DNA of 64,000 nucleotides from Nitrososphaerota archaeon (GCA_041641305.1 JBEPYN010000001.1:640001-704000); one strand, 5' to 3'. Shown: positions 1-9,708, counted from the stretch's first letter. The notes: a model not told the origin generated them from the sequence alone. Made by a program: numbers and translations.

Positions 1-105
1 GCCCGCGAGATTGTGGTGAAGAACTACCGGGACGAGGCGAGGCTGCGGGAGATAGTCAACTCCGTTAAATGGACGCTGGACACCATAGCATCCTCATATA
101 AGTAA
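1..105 (+). CDS. 3' end of a gene entering the window (unknown product)
   Basis: Frame +1 is open from base 1 (AREIVVKNYRDEARLREIVNSVKWTLDTIASSYK) to TAA at 103-105. Confidence 0.6.
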   Translation, partial: AREIVVKNYRDEARLREIVNSVKWTLDTIASSYK

Positions 106-171
106 AACCCATGGATATTTGAGAACCTTCGAAAAACATCAAAATATATGCTGGCTTGTAGGAAAGGGGCC

Positions 172-2907
172 ATGGCCAAACCAGGCCCTCTAAAGCCGAT
201 TCTTCTGACAGCTGCGCTGCTAGCATCATCCATACTTTTCTTCGCCTCGTTACCCGAGGCTCATGCAGTTACGGGTGTAACCATCAGGGTTCTCACCATG
301 GACACGAACCAGCCTCTGAGAGGGGCGCAGGTTAGTGTTAACGGCACATCCATAGGAACCACGAACTCAACGGGCCATGTTGATGTAAACGCTCTCAACA
401 GAAAAGCAAACGCCACGGTTACAGTGTTTTTCCGCGGCGTCAAAGTATATCATCATCCTGTCTTCAACGCGTCGAAGCTTAACCCATCAAACCCAGCCCT
501 AGTAACCATCAGAGTCAACGTCACGACCATGACGCTTTACGCGCGAACTCAGCTCGGCAACCCGGTCCCCAACGTCCGCCTCACCCTCACATACGGATCA
601 TACACAAACGTTACAACTACGGGGTCTGATGGACGCGCGTCACTCCCACTAATGCCAAACACAACTTACACGATTTCGGCAAGTTATCGTGGATATGATG
701 TGGGAACATTTACGCGTGACTATGGCGGCTCAGGGCTGACGATTGACCTCAACCTTTACAGCATAAGGGCTGTGGTCGAGGATCTGAACGGCAACCCCGT
801 TCCCTCGGCGACCGTGAAGATATGGTATGGTGTGAGGCAGTCGGGCAACACAACGGGGTTCGAGTCAGCCACCACCGACTCGAACGGCGTGACAATACTT
901 GACAGGCTGCCCGCGGGAAACTATCCCCTTGACGTCGAATATCGTGGGGAAAACGTTTACCAGACAACCTCAAACATAGCCGTCTCGAGCGGGCAGGTAG
1001 TCCACCGGGCTCGAACAGACCTCGTAAACTATCGTGTCCGCATCCTCGACTTCGACGGCGCCGATCAGATGACGGGGATAAGCCTCCAAGCCCAGCTTTT
1101 CCGCGACAGCAGCCCCTACGGCGACCCCGTGACAACCTCGACCGGTGAGTTCGCCTTCGGGTTGGTGAAGTCGAGGACCTACCGCCTCGTCGTCAAAATG
1201 GGTGATGCAGAGGTTTTCAACGGCGAAGTTAGAGCGCCGGACGATACATCTGTCGCAGGAAGGTTTTTCGATGTTTTCTTTAGGGTGGATGCGTCGGGAA
1301 CCCGTAGTGAGAGGCTTGTTTCAACGGTGGGGCTTAGGATACAGCTGGGGAGCTTTAGCAGCGAGAGGACAACGGTTAACGGGGCCACGGGTTTCCAAAA
1401 CATCCCAGCAGGCACATACAGATACGAGATTACCAGAGGACCATACCTTATCGGCACGGGAACAGTCACCATCAACGCGGACGAGCAGAGAATAACTCTT
1501 CAGCCAACCCTGTGGACGGTCAAGCTGCAGATAAACAACGACCAAGGCGAAGGCATAGCCGGCTCAGTCGAGCTCAAAACCTATGACGACGTATCTCTCG
1601 GAGTGTTTCAGGCCGAGGAAAACGGCGAGCTTACGGTCTCGGGGCTGCTCCCTATACTTTACCGAGGAGTGGTCAACTACCAAGGTGTAAAGGTGAATGA
1701 CGGCTTCGAGTTTACGCTTGACGCTGACCAGAAAGAAGTGGTTGTCGCGACAAGGGTTTTCAACGTTGTTTTCCGTGTCTTCGACGCCGACGGCGAAACA
1801 GCCCTTACCTCAGCACAGGTAAGGGTGTCCCTCGGAGAAATCTCCTCCGAAAACGTAACCGACACAAATGGCCGCGCACCGGTGAAAAACCTGCCAATCG
1901 GCAGCTACAGCATAGCCGTAAACTACCTCAACATAGGCGTGCATGAGGAAACCGTCAGGATTGACTCTAGCCGAGAAATCGTGGTGAAGGCGAAAAACGT
2001 GATAGATGTTACGGTTGAGGTGTTGGACGACGACGGCGTCCCCCTCGAGTCGGGTGATGTCGAGATTGTTCTCGGCGTGATACAGCGGTCCGGCGAGATT
2101 GAAAACGGTCAAGTAACCTTCAAAGATATTCCGGCGTCTGCCTACCGTCTCACCGCACGCTATAAAGGCGTAACGGTCTATGACCGTCAAACACTTTTCC
2201 GAGACGATGAAGAGCTCGTCCGTATTCAAGCAGCCGTTTACTACCTGAGGCTGACTGTTGATAGAATGGATAACACCGCGCTTCCAGCAGCGTATGTATC
2301 GGTTTTCCAGGGAGGCCGGAAAATCGGCGACGGCTTCACCGACCCCGCGGGCAGGCTGGAGCTTAAGCTTCCGAGAGGCGACTTCTTGGTGGAGGTAAAT
2401 TATCAGGACACGGTGGTTTTGTCGCAGTCCATCTCCCTCTCACAGACCACGGCCTTGACTTTACAGTCTAAGGTGTATCGTATAGATGTGCGTATCATAG
2501 ACCCGAGCGGTGAACCAGTTGCAGGGGCCGAGGTTTCCCTGAACCGCGGTGACAAGGTCGTAGAGAGGGCGGTTACAGATGACGAGGGAAAAGCAACCCT
2601 CTACGCTGCAGAGGGAGACTATACGTGGACGATGAAAATAGGGGAATACACCTATTCCTCCAGCTACTCTTCCCAAAGCAACAAGTCTCTCGCGATACTG
2701 CATGTTGTCGAGAACACTCAGATGCAGGGAGTTGTCTTAGCCGCGACAGCTGCTGTGTCAACTTCCTCGGTATTCGGTCTTCTGAGATGGGGAAAGCTGA
2801 GGCCCTCGGGTAGACAGCGAGGTGGGCAGAGGCCTCAGAGAGCGCCGCAGCCACGGGGAGTGGGAGAGGCTCAAACATTTAAGCGACTCAGGAGACCACG
2901 TGTTTAG
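172..2907 (+). CDS. Large cell-surface protein with tandem carboxypeptidase-regulatory-like (transthyretin-type beta-sandwich) repeats
   Basis: Signal peptide ending AHA. About 10 repeats of V.D..G.P...A.V...TD..G...L..LP.G.Y.L.V.Y.G. Many N-x-S/T sequons near the N-terminus. C-terminal TM helix plus basic tail. ATG 172 follows a purine-rich stretch. Confidence 0.8.
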   Translation: MAKPGPLKPILLTAALLASSILFFASLPEAHAVTGVTIRVLTMDTNQPLRGAQVSVNGTSIGTTNSTGHVDVNALNRKANATVTVFFRGVKVYHHPVFNASKLNPSNPALVTIRVNVTTMTLYARTQLGNPVPNVRLTLTYGSYTNVTTTGSDGRASLPLMPNTTYTISASYRGYDVGTFTRDYGGSGLTIDLNLYSIRAVVEDLNGNPVPSATVKIWYGVRQSGNTTGFESATTDSNGVTILDRLPAGNYPLDVEYRGENVYQTTSNIAVSSGQVVHRARTDLVNYRVRILDFDGADQMTGISLQAQLFRDSSPYGDPVTTSTGEFAFGLVKSRTYRLVVKMGDAEVFNGEVRAPDDTSVAGRFFDVFFRVDASGTRSERLVSTVGLRIQLGSFSSERTTVNGATGFQNIPAGTYRYEITRGPYLIGTGTVTINADEQRITLQPTLWTVKLQINNDQGEGIAGSVELKTYDDVSLGVFQAEENGELTVSGLLPILYRGVVNYQGVKVNDGFEFTLDADQKEVVVATRVFNVVFRVFDADGETALTSAQVRVSLGEISSENVTDTNGRAPVKNLPIGSYSIAVNYLNIGVHEETVRIDSSREIVVKAKNVIDVTVEVLDDDGVPLESGDVEIVLGVIQRSGEIENGQVTFKDIPASAYRLTARYKGVTVYDRQTLFRDDEELVRIQAAVYYLRLTVDRMDNTALPAAYVSVFQGGRKIGDGFTDPAGRLELKLPRGDFLVEVNYQDTVVLSQSISLSQTTALTLQSKVYRIDVRIIDPSGEPVAGAEVSLNRGDKVVERAVTDDEGKATLYAAEGDYTWTMKIGEYTYSSSYSSQSNKSLAILHVVENTQMQGVVLAATAAVSTSSVFGLLRWGKLRPSGRQRGGQRPQRAPQPRGVGEAQTFKRLRRPRV

Positions 2908-2910
2908 AAG

Positions 2911-3489
2911 ATGAGGAAGATTTTCAGAAACGTCGCCTACGCGGTTGTGCTCGGACTTGTGGCAACGTTGCTGGCATTATCTCTTCTCCACACAGCGTTT
3001 GGAGTCACTTTTCCGCTTCTGGTGGTAAAAAGCGGAAGCATGCGTCCGGTCATCGAAGTAGGCGACATCATAATTGTTTTACCCGTTAACCCCAACGATG
3101 TCAGAGCCGACCCCGTCAACGGCGACGTCATAGTTTTCTATAGGCCGGGTGAGAAAGGTGTTCCTGGCTCCATCATAGTTCACAGGGCTGTGGCACGTGT
3201 TTCCGGAGGCTTCATCACAAAAGGCGACGCCAACTCTGTGGCGGATTACTGGGGCCCCGTGCCCTTCGACCACATACTTGGAAAGTGGACCGGGTTAAGC
3301 ATACCTTCCTGGACAGGCATCGGATACATCAGCCTCTTTCTCCGAGGAGAAATTTTCTACCCAGCGGGGCCCCTACTCGTCCTACTGCTCATAGCCGTCA
3401 ACATAGTGTTAATTGTCAAAGACTTTGCGCGGAATAGAGGAGGTGGTGACGGTGGAGGAGAGCCCTCCGCCGACGCCAGCCAATCATGA
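2911..3489 (+). CDS. Signal peptidase I, archaeal/ER type (S26B, Sec11/SipW-like)
   Basis: Motifs VVKSGSMRP (Ser), GDIII, IIVHR (His), TKGDANSVAD. TM helices at both ends. Confidence 0.93.
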   Translation: MRKIFRNVAYAVVLGLVATLLALSLLHTAFGVTFPLLVVKSGSMRPVIEVGDIIIVLPVNPNDVRADPVNGDVIVFYRPGEKGVPGSIIVHRAVARVSGGFITKGDANSVADYWGPVPFDHILGKWTGLSIPSWTGIGYISLFLRGEIFYPAGPLLVLLLIAVNIVLIVKDFARNRGGGDGGGEPSADASQS

Positions 3490-3820
3490 AAAACACCGCC
3501 GACAAAACCGCGGTAAATATCGAGGCTTGCCAGAAGCCGGTTAGAAGGGTGAATAATGTGGCTGCTGCAAGTGCTGCGGATGGATAGAAGACGGGGCGGG
3601 CCAGTTTCTTCGCTTCCTGAAGATATTGGGGATGTTTTTGTCGGAGATGGATGGGATGACGGACGGCGGGCACGCAGACGGTTAAACACGCGTAGAGGCC
3701 TGCCGTCTCCTCGGCCCAGCTGACCTCTTCTCCGCAGATAGGGCACCTACCCGCCACGGGAAAGAATCCCTCGACACCGTATAAGAGTGTTTGCGCACTA
3801 CAAGCCGATGTAGTCTCCAA
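3416..3820 (-). CDS. Hypothetical membrane protein with putative Zn-binding N-terminus
   Basis: CPIC...HPIHLRQKH followed by two TM helices and a WRRRR basic patch. Fills the gap between genes. Alternative GTG start at 3757. Confidence 0.6.
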   Translation of the reverse strand: METTSACSAQTLLYGVEGFFPVAGRCPICGEEVSWAEETAGLYACLTVCVPAVRHPIHLRQKHPQYLQEAKKLARPVFYPSAALAAATLFTLLTGFWQASIFTAVLSAVFFMIGWRRRRALLHRHHLLYSAQSL

Positions 3821-3843
3821 ACGGTTAAATAAGCTTAACCCGG

Positions 3844-4758
3844 GTGGGGCCTCGGATGTTCAGGATTGACCCTGGCACATGTGTCGGATGGGTTGCTTTA
3901 ACTGTGTCAGACCTTAGCAAGTCCCTCGATTTCTACAAGAATGTGCTCGGGTTCGGTCAGGTTGGTGAATTGGATGGCGCCGTTGTTCTCGGCTCGGCTG
4001 ACAACGTTCCAATTCTGATTCTTCATGAGCAGAGGGGTGCAGAGCCACGTCCTCCCGATAGACGCGGACTCTACCACTACGCCATCCTTTATCCCTCGCG
4101 AAAAGACTTGGCCCGTGCCTTTACACGGGTTGCCCATAGCTGGAGCTTTGAAGGCTTCGCAGACCACATCGTCAGCGAGGCCCTTTACCTAAGCGACCCC
4201 GACGGCCACGGAATAGAACTCTACGCCGACAGGCCGAGAGAAAAATGGACACGCACCTCTTTAAACGAGCTAAAAATGGCTACCCTACCCCTAAACATCG
4301 ACTCGCTGCTTCAAGAGCTAAGGGGAGAAGGTTCTTCAAAGTCTCTCGACCCCGGCTACAGGCTGCCACCCGGCACACGTTTGGGACACATCCATCTCCA
4401 CGTCTCAAGCCTCGAGAAAGCCGAGCAATTCTACCACCACATACTCGGCTTCGACATCACCCTGAAAACCTATCCGGGCGCGTTGTTCCTGTCAGCGGGA
4501 GGATACCATCACCACATAGGAGCAAACATATGGGCAGGCTTGAACGCGCCACCGCCGTCGAACAACCATGTCCAGCTCAAATCTTTCTCACTCATTTTAC
4601 CGACGCGTAAAGCTTTCGAGATGCTGTTGACACAGCTCGCAGACCATAAAATAGAAATCGAACACAGCTTGATGCATAGGCTCGAGGGCTACGCGGGGTC
4701 TACGGTTACAGACTTTGACGGCAACCATGTGGAGCTGGCTGTGAGAGTAAATCATTAA
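3844..4758 (+). CDS. VOC/glyoxalase family protein, CatE-like (catechol 2,3-dioxygenase-like)
   Basis: GLYHYAIL, SEALYLSDPDGHGIELYADRP, LGHIHLHV, FLSAGGYHHHIGANIW. Confidence 0.88.
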   Translation: MGPRMFRIDPGTCVGWVALTVSDLSKSLDFYKNVLGFGQVGELDGAVVLGSADNVPILILHEQRGAEPRPPDRRGLYHYAILYPSRKDLARAFTRVAHSWSFEGFADHIVSEALYLSDPDGHGIELYADRPREKWTRTSLNELKMATLPLNIDSLLQELRGEGSSKSLDPGYRLPPGTRLGHIHLHVSSLEKAEQFYHHILGFDITLKTYPGALFLSAGGYHHHIGANIWAGLNAPPPSNNHVQLKSFSLILPTRKAFEMLLTQLADHKIEIEHSLMHRLEGYAGSTVTDFDGNHVELAVRVNH

Positions 4759-4775
4759 ATTCCGTCTGCATAGAG

Positions 4776-5624
4776 ATGGTCATGCTTCTGGGGGCGCATG
4801 TTTCTATCTCTGGCGCTATTCATTATGCGGTTGACAGGGCTTCTGAGCTGGGTTGCACAACTTTCCAGATATTTACTCGTAATCCACGGGGCTGGGCATA
4901 CACGAAGCTCAAGCAATCCGAGGTTGAGGAGTTTAGGCGGAAGTTCCGCGAAGCAGGCTACAAGGTGGCGATGGCGCACATGCCTTATCTCCCCAACATC
5001 GCTTCACCTAAAAGGCTGATTTATGAGAAGTCGGTGAAATCGCTTATCTCGGAGGTTGAGAGATGCGGTCTTCTTGGGATAGATTTGTTGGTTGTTCACA
5101 TAGGGAGCCACCTCGGGGCAGGCGTAGAAAAAGGGATAGAAAACGTGGCGAAAGCCGTTAACACAGCCCTCGACAAAGTCGAGAACAACGTGAAGATTTT
5201 GTTGGAGAACATGGCTGGGCAGCGTAACTCATGCGGCTCACGCTTCGAAGACATCGCGCAGATACTTTCAAAGGTCAAGAACAAGTCGAGGGTTGGTGTT
5301 TGCCTCGACACATGTCACCTCTATGCAGCGGGCTACGACATCAAAAGCCGTGCAGCCGTTGAAGCAACCCTCTCCAAATTCGATGAGATAGTTGGCCTCG
5401 AGAAGCTTTACGCCATCCATCTAAACGACTCTAAAGGGGGGCTTGGAAGCGGCCTCGACCGCCATGAACACATCGGCCGAGGATACATCGGTGACGAGGG
5501 CTTCAAAGCATTCATAAACCATCTAAGCATAAGGGACAAGCCCATGGTTATCGAGACGCCTGAAGACGAGGCAGGCGACTACTCAACAGATCTCAAAAAG
5601 CTGCGAAGCCTCTACCAAGCCTAG
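4776..5624 (+). CDS. nfo: Endonuclease IV (AP endonuclease 2)
   Basis: LGAHVSI, QIFTRNPR, HMPYLPN, LLENMAG, CLDTCH, HLNDSK, DRHEHIG, ETP. Confidence 0.96.
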   Translation: MVMLLGAHVSISGAIHYAVDRASELGCTTFQIFTRNPRGWAYTKLKQSEVEEFRRKFREAGYKVAMAHMPYLPNIASPKRLIYEKSVKSLISEVERCGLLGIDLLVVHIGSHLGAGVEKGIENVAKAVNTALDKVENNVKILLENMAGQRNSCGSRFEDIAQILSKVKNKSRVGVCLDTCHLYAAGYDIKSRAAVEATLSKFDEIVGLEKLYAIHLNDSKGGLGSGLDRHEHIGRGYIGDEGFKAFINHLSIRDKPMVIETPEDEAGDYSTDLKKLRSLYQA

Positions 5625-5634
5625 TAAAATTCAG

Positions 5635-6459
5635 GTGAAGTACTTGGGTTTCCGCGTAGCGGTCATACAGCCAAAGACGACAAACAGCTTTGAGAAAAAC
5701 CTCGAGAAGATCAAAGCTTTCTTGGAGAAAGTTTCCACGTTGGAGCCGGATCTTGTTGTGCTGCCTGAGGCATGGGAGCATTCTAACATTTTTTCAGCGG
5801 CTTATATGTTGGCTGAGCGTGAGAGGCATGTTATCGATGTTCTGGCCAAACATGCCGTGGAGATGGGTGCTGTGATTGTGGGCGGAGGATTGGTTGTTTA
5901 TAGACGTGATGGGCTGAGAATGGCCGCACCCATTATAGGGCCTGACGGCTCAGTCATGGGTTGGCAGGAGAAAATTCATCTTCACAGGTCTGAGCAGCAC
6001 TTGTTTAGAAGAGGGGAAAGGGTTGAAGTTTTTTGGCACAAGGGTATATGTTTCGGTGTCCAGATATGTGTTGACGTCGCTTTCCCCGAGCTTTCGCGGA
6101 TAATGGCGCTACGTGGTGCAGAGCTAATTGTAAATCCTTCACGTATGCCGTCCAGTGCTGTTAAACCATGGCATAACTACTTGCGTGCAAGGTGTCTCGA
6201 GAACCGTGTAGCCGCCGCTGGGGCGAATGTGTGGACGATTTCAGGCGGCTCGGTCATCATGGATCTCGTCAAAGTCGGTGGATCCATTTTCCATGTCAAG
6301 GAGCATGTTGCGCCAGATGGTGAAGTGGTTTTTGTGGAAGAATTGGAGCCGGAGAAACTTCGTACACCGCGTATGGAAAGGCTGTCTTCACGTATTCCCA
6401 CCCTCTACACAGAGCTTATTCATAGAGGGCAAACCATATTTTCCAGCGGAGAAGAGTGA
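5635..6459 (+). CDS. Carbon-nitrogen hydrolase (nitrilase superfamily)
   Basis: Glu-Lys-Cys triad motifs LPEA, EKIHL, ICVDVAFPE; RARCLEN. Confidence 0.9.
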   Translation: MKYLGFRVAVIQPKTTNSFEKNLEKIKAFLEKVSTLEPDLVVLPEAWEHSNIFSAAYMLAERERHVIDVLAKHAVEMGAVIVGGGLVVYRRDGLRMAAPIIGPDGSVMGWQEKIHLHRSEQHLFRRGERVEVFWHKGICFGVQICVDVAFPELSRIMALRGAELIVNPSRMPSSAVKPWHNYLRARCLENRVAAAGANVWTISGGSVIMDLVKVGGSIFHVKEHVAPDGEVVFVEELEPEKLRTPRMERLSSRIPTLYTELIHRGQTIFSSGEE

Positions 6460-7490
6460 GCCTCGGCATGAAGGCGGTTGTTGTCGAGCGTCAGGGTGGT
6501 CCCGAGGTTCTCCGCGTCAAGGAAGTCGTGGAGAAAAGCCCGGGACGGGGCGAGGTTTTGGTGAAGCTTGAAGCCTCTGGGATGAATAGGATAGACATCT
6601 GGGTGCGGAGCGGTGTTTACAAGGTTCCGCTTCCGCGTATAATTGGAGTCGATGGAGCGGGTTTGGTGGAGGAGGTTGGGGAAGAGGTTACAGGAATTGC
6701 TAAAGGTGATAGAGTGTTGATCAATCCAGCCCTCACCTGCGGCACATGCCGTTTCTGCCAACGCGGATGGGACTCGCTATGCGAAAACCACAGATTCCTC
6801 GGACACGGAGCAGATGGTACCTACGCCGAGAAAATAACGCTGCCCGCGGGCAACCTCTACAAAATACCTGAAGAGCTGAGCACGACGCAGGCTGGATGCA
6901 TAATGGTCACCTATGCGACTGCTTGGCATGCCCTCGTGACAAGGTCCGGTGTACTACCGGGCTCAACGGTCCTGGTCATAGGCGGAGGTAGCGGCGTCGG
7001 AATATCCGCCATACAGATATGCAAGCTCCTCGGCTGCACGGTCATAACAACCGTGGGAGAGGATTGGAAGGTGGAAAAAGCCTACAGACTTGGCGCGGAC
7101 TACGTGGTTAACCGTCGTAAACAGAGTGTCAGCGGGGCTGTGATGGAGTTTACACGCGGCCTGGGTGTGGACGTGGTGCTGGAGCACGCGGGACAGGCTG
7201 TTTGGGAGGAGGCTGTTAAAAGCCTCGCACCGGGCGGGAAAATGGTTTACCTCGGCGCCACATCAGGCGAAAACGCGTCGGTCAACATACGCTACACATA
7301 CAGGCGGCAGATAAGCCTGCTCGGCAGCTACGGATGGAACAAACACGAAATACCCCAGGTTCTCCGGCTCTTCGAGACAGGGAAACTCCGGCCCGTGATA
7401 CATACAACCTTCCCCCTCACCGAAGCCCAGGAAGCCCACAAACTCATGGAATCAGACAACTTCTTCGGAAAAATAGTCCTACTACCTTGA
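6456..7490 (+). CDS. Zn-binding MDR dehydrogenase / NADPH:quinone oxidoreductase-like
   Basis: GGPEVL, NRID (Asn in place of the catalytic-Zn Cys), structural Zn CGTCRFC..C, GGGSGVG, FGKIVL. Confidence 0.9.
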   Translation: MSLGMKAVVVERQGGPEVLRVKEVVEKSPGRGEVLVKLEASGMNRIDIWVRSGVYKVPLPRIIGVDGAGLVEEVGEEVTGIAKGDRVLINPALTCGTCRFCQRGWDSLCENHRFLGHGADGTYAEKITLPAGNLYKIPEELSTTQAGCIMVTYATAWHALVTRSGVLPGSTVLVIGGGSGVGISAIQICKLLGCTVITTVGEDWKVEKAYRLGADYVVNRRKQSVSGAVMEFTRGLGVDVVLEHAGQAVWEEAVKSLAPGGKMVYLGATSGENASVNIRYTYRRQISLLGSYGWNKHEIPQVLRLFETGKLRPVIHTTFPLTEAQEAHKLMESDNFFGKIVLLP

Positions 7491-8311
7491 AGACATTAGA
7501 ACTCGTAGAAGCTCTGAAGAAGGAGAGACAGAAAGGCTCAACAGCCCTCGCAGAAACCGTCCTCAACATTTACAGAACACTCGCCAAAGAGAGCAGCAAC
7601 CTCTCCGAGGACCTTCCAAAATACGCGGCGATAATCGAGGCCGCGAGACCAGCCATGCCTCTCGTTAAACGGTTTAGCCGCGAAGTTCTCCGCAGGATAA
7701 GCAGCCCCTCCACAGACGAGGTTTTGAAAGCTGTTGAAGATGTTGAGAAAACCTATCGCGAAATGTTAAACAGTCTCGTCGAACAAGCTGTCAAAAAACT
7801 CTCAGACATAGGCTCGGTCACAACGATGAGCCACAGCGGAACCGTCCGCTCAATTTTGTCGAGGCTGGAGGGCCTGCGTAGGGTGAACGTGCTCGAGTCG
7901 AGGCCTCTCCGCGAAGGGGTTTTGATGGCTAAGGTTCTTGGAGAGGTTTGCGAGGTTCGGGTTTATGTCGACGCAGCGGCGGCGTATGCGCTTGAACGTT
8001 CTGATGCCGTGGTTGTGGGCGCCGACGCCCTGTACTCCGACGGCTCCTTCTCTGCGAAGGTTGGTGTGAAGCCGCTCGCCGCATCCGCCAAGCTCTTGGG
8101 AAAACCTTTCCATGTCGCAGCCGACTCGTGGAAGCTCGCCGAAGAGTTTGTCAACGAGGAAGGGCCCTCAGCCGACGTTGATGATCAGCTGCCTGCCGAA
8201 AACCCTATTTTCGAGAAAGTTCCGCCAGATCTTGTGGACACTTATCTGACAGACTTGGGTGTGCTCACGTCATCCGAGTTGGTGGAGTGCTTGTTGCAGT
8301 CTGGGAATTGA
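7487..8311 (+). CDS. eIF-2B alpha/beta/delta family protein (ribose-1,5-bisphosphate isomerase-like fold)
   Basis: ARPAM, LESRPLREG, VVVGADA, AKVG, ENPIFEKVP..YLTDLG. TTG 7487 overlaps the upstream stop; the longer ORF-track start is unlikely. Confidence 0.82.
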   Translation: MKTLELVEALKKERQKGSTALAETVLNIYRTLAKESSNLSEDLPKYAAIIEAARPAMPLVKRFSREVLRRISSPSTDEVLKAVEDVEKTYREMLNSLVEQAVKKLSDIGSVTTMSHSGTVRSILSRLEGLRRVNVLESRPLREGVLMAKVLGEVCEVRVYVDAAAAYALERSDAVVVGADALYSDGSFSAKVGVKPLAASAKLLGKPFHVAADSWKLAEEFVNEEGPSADVDDQLPAENPIFEKVPPDLVDTYLTDLGVLTSSELVECLLQSGN

Positions 8312-8355
8312 TCGGGAAAACCATTAATAGGCCGCTAAAGTGGGTGAAAACAAGC

Positions 8356-9192
8356 ATGGCGGCTGTTGAGCATGAGGAACATCATCACGAGGGCAGTCTA
8401 TGGCCTGCGGTAATCGGCATCTCAACAATAATCCTGATCGCCGGCCTCGTCATTATCCTGAAGAACATCAACTTCGTGCTGGGGGCTGGGCTGGTACTGG
8501 TATTCATCGCTGTTTTAACCGCCTTCGTCGCGAAAGAGGTCAAGTCATGGCCCAACGTGATTGCGAGCTTTTTCGCAAGGCTCAGGGGCACGGCCATACC
8601 GGCTGAGCCTGAGAAAGTGGGCGGCGTCGGCTTCCCCACAGCCGTCTTCCTCTTCACAGAGGTCGCGCTATTCGCAGCAGGCTTCAGCAGCTACTTCGTC
8701 ATAAGACTATCGTTCCCGGTGTGGCCTCCGCCCGGCACCCCACATCTCGACGACTTCATACCACGTCTCCAAACCTTCATGCTCCTCTTCAGCAGCCTCG
8801 CCATCGAATACGCGGTCTACTCTGTTAAAAGAGACCGGCTCGGCGCTGTTCTCGGCGGAGTAGTGGCCACAGCCCTTTTCGGCTTAGGTTTTCTCGTGCT
8901 AAAGCTGGGTGTCGAGTGGCCACATCTACTGTTCGACGTAGGCTTTACACCTGACACAGGGATTTACGCGTCCATGTTCTACATTCTTCTCGGTGCACAT
9001 GGGGCACATGTGCTGGGCGGTGTTCTCGCCCTCGGCGTAGTGGCGTGGCGGGCCAAGCTCCGCCAATTCAGCTCCACAAGCTACGGTCTTCTCGAAAGCG
9101 TCAGCATCTATTGGCACTTCGTCCACCTCGTCTGGCTCCTACTCTTCGCATTCATATACGAGGGCGCCCTAACGTGGGCGGTGCATACATGA
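8356..9192 (+). CDS. Heme-copper (cytochrome c/quinol) oxidase subunit III
   Basis: SLWP, FLFTEVALF, LLFSS, GIYASMFYILLGAHGAHVLGG, YWHFVHLVW. Confidence 0.9.
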   Translation: MAAVEHEEHHHEGSLWPAVIGISTIILIAGLVIILKNINFVLGAGLVLVFIAVLTAFVAKEVKSWPNVIASFFARLRGTAIPAEPEKVGGVGFPTAVFLFTEVALFAAGFSSYFVIRLSFPVWPPPGTPHLDDFIPRLQTFMLLFSSLAIEYAVYSVKRDRLGAVLGGVVATALFGLGFLVLKLGVEWPHLLFDVGFTPDTGIYASMFYILLGAHGAHVLGGVLALGVVAWRAKLRQFSSTSYGLLESVSIYWHFVHLVWLLLFAFIYEGALTWAVHT

Positions 9193-9201
9193 GGTGAGAG
9201 C

Positions 9202-9708
9202 ATGAGCCGGTTGACCTCAACACATTTCGGCGTCTTCGTTATCTTCGCAGCCATATACGCGGCGGGGACGCTTGCGTTGGGCAACCTCCCCCTCGGCCAG
9301 CTGCAGGTCAAGACCGGGGAGATCATGACACCCCTCGTGGCCTTGTTCGGCTTAGCCTCTGTGCTGGGCCTCGCCTTCGGACAATTCATCGCCAACATGG
9401 CCTCTCCACTCGGCCCCCTCGACCTAATCACCCCAGCCATATCACTCGGCGCCCTTCTCGTCCTCCGCACATTGGCTAAGAGGTCAATACTCCTCGGAGT
9501 AGCCGCCTACTACCTGATCTCATCCATCTGGCTGAGCCTACTCACCTCTATTGTCACGGGAAGAAGCGACGCATTCATCACATCTTTCGCGAGACAGGGC
9601 ATCGCCATGATCATCGGCCTCGCAATATACTACGTTGTCAGAAGCAGGATGCCGCCGCAGACAGCGAAGCTGGAGCAGGCTCAGACAACCGAGGCCTCCA
9701 GCAGCTAG
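9202..9708 (+). CDS. QueT-like transporter (queuosine/archaeosine precursor uptake family)
   Basis: Small 5-TM protein with AAIY...G.LQVK.GE, GLAFGQFIANMASPLGPLD. Confidence 0.72.
   Translation: MSRLTSTHFGVFVIFAAIYAAGTLALGNLPLGQLQVKTGEIMTPLVALFGLASVLGLAFGQFIANMASPLGPLDLITPAISLGALLVLRTLAKRSILLGVAAYYLISSIWLSLLTSIVTGRSDAFITSFARQGIAMIIGLAIYYVVRSRMPPQTAKLEQAQTTEASSS

Noticed and set aside
7334-7486. N-terminal extension of the eIF-2B-like ORF
   Set aside because: Overlaps the dehydrogenase C-terminus in another frame; TTG 7487 gives a normal coupled start
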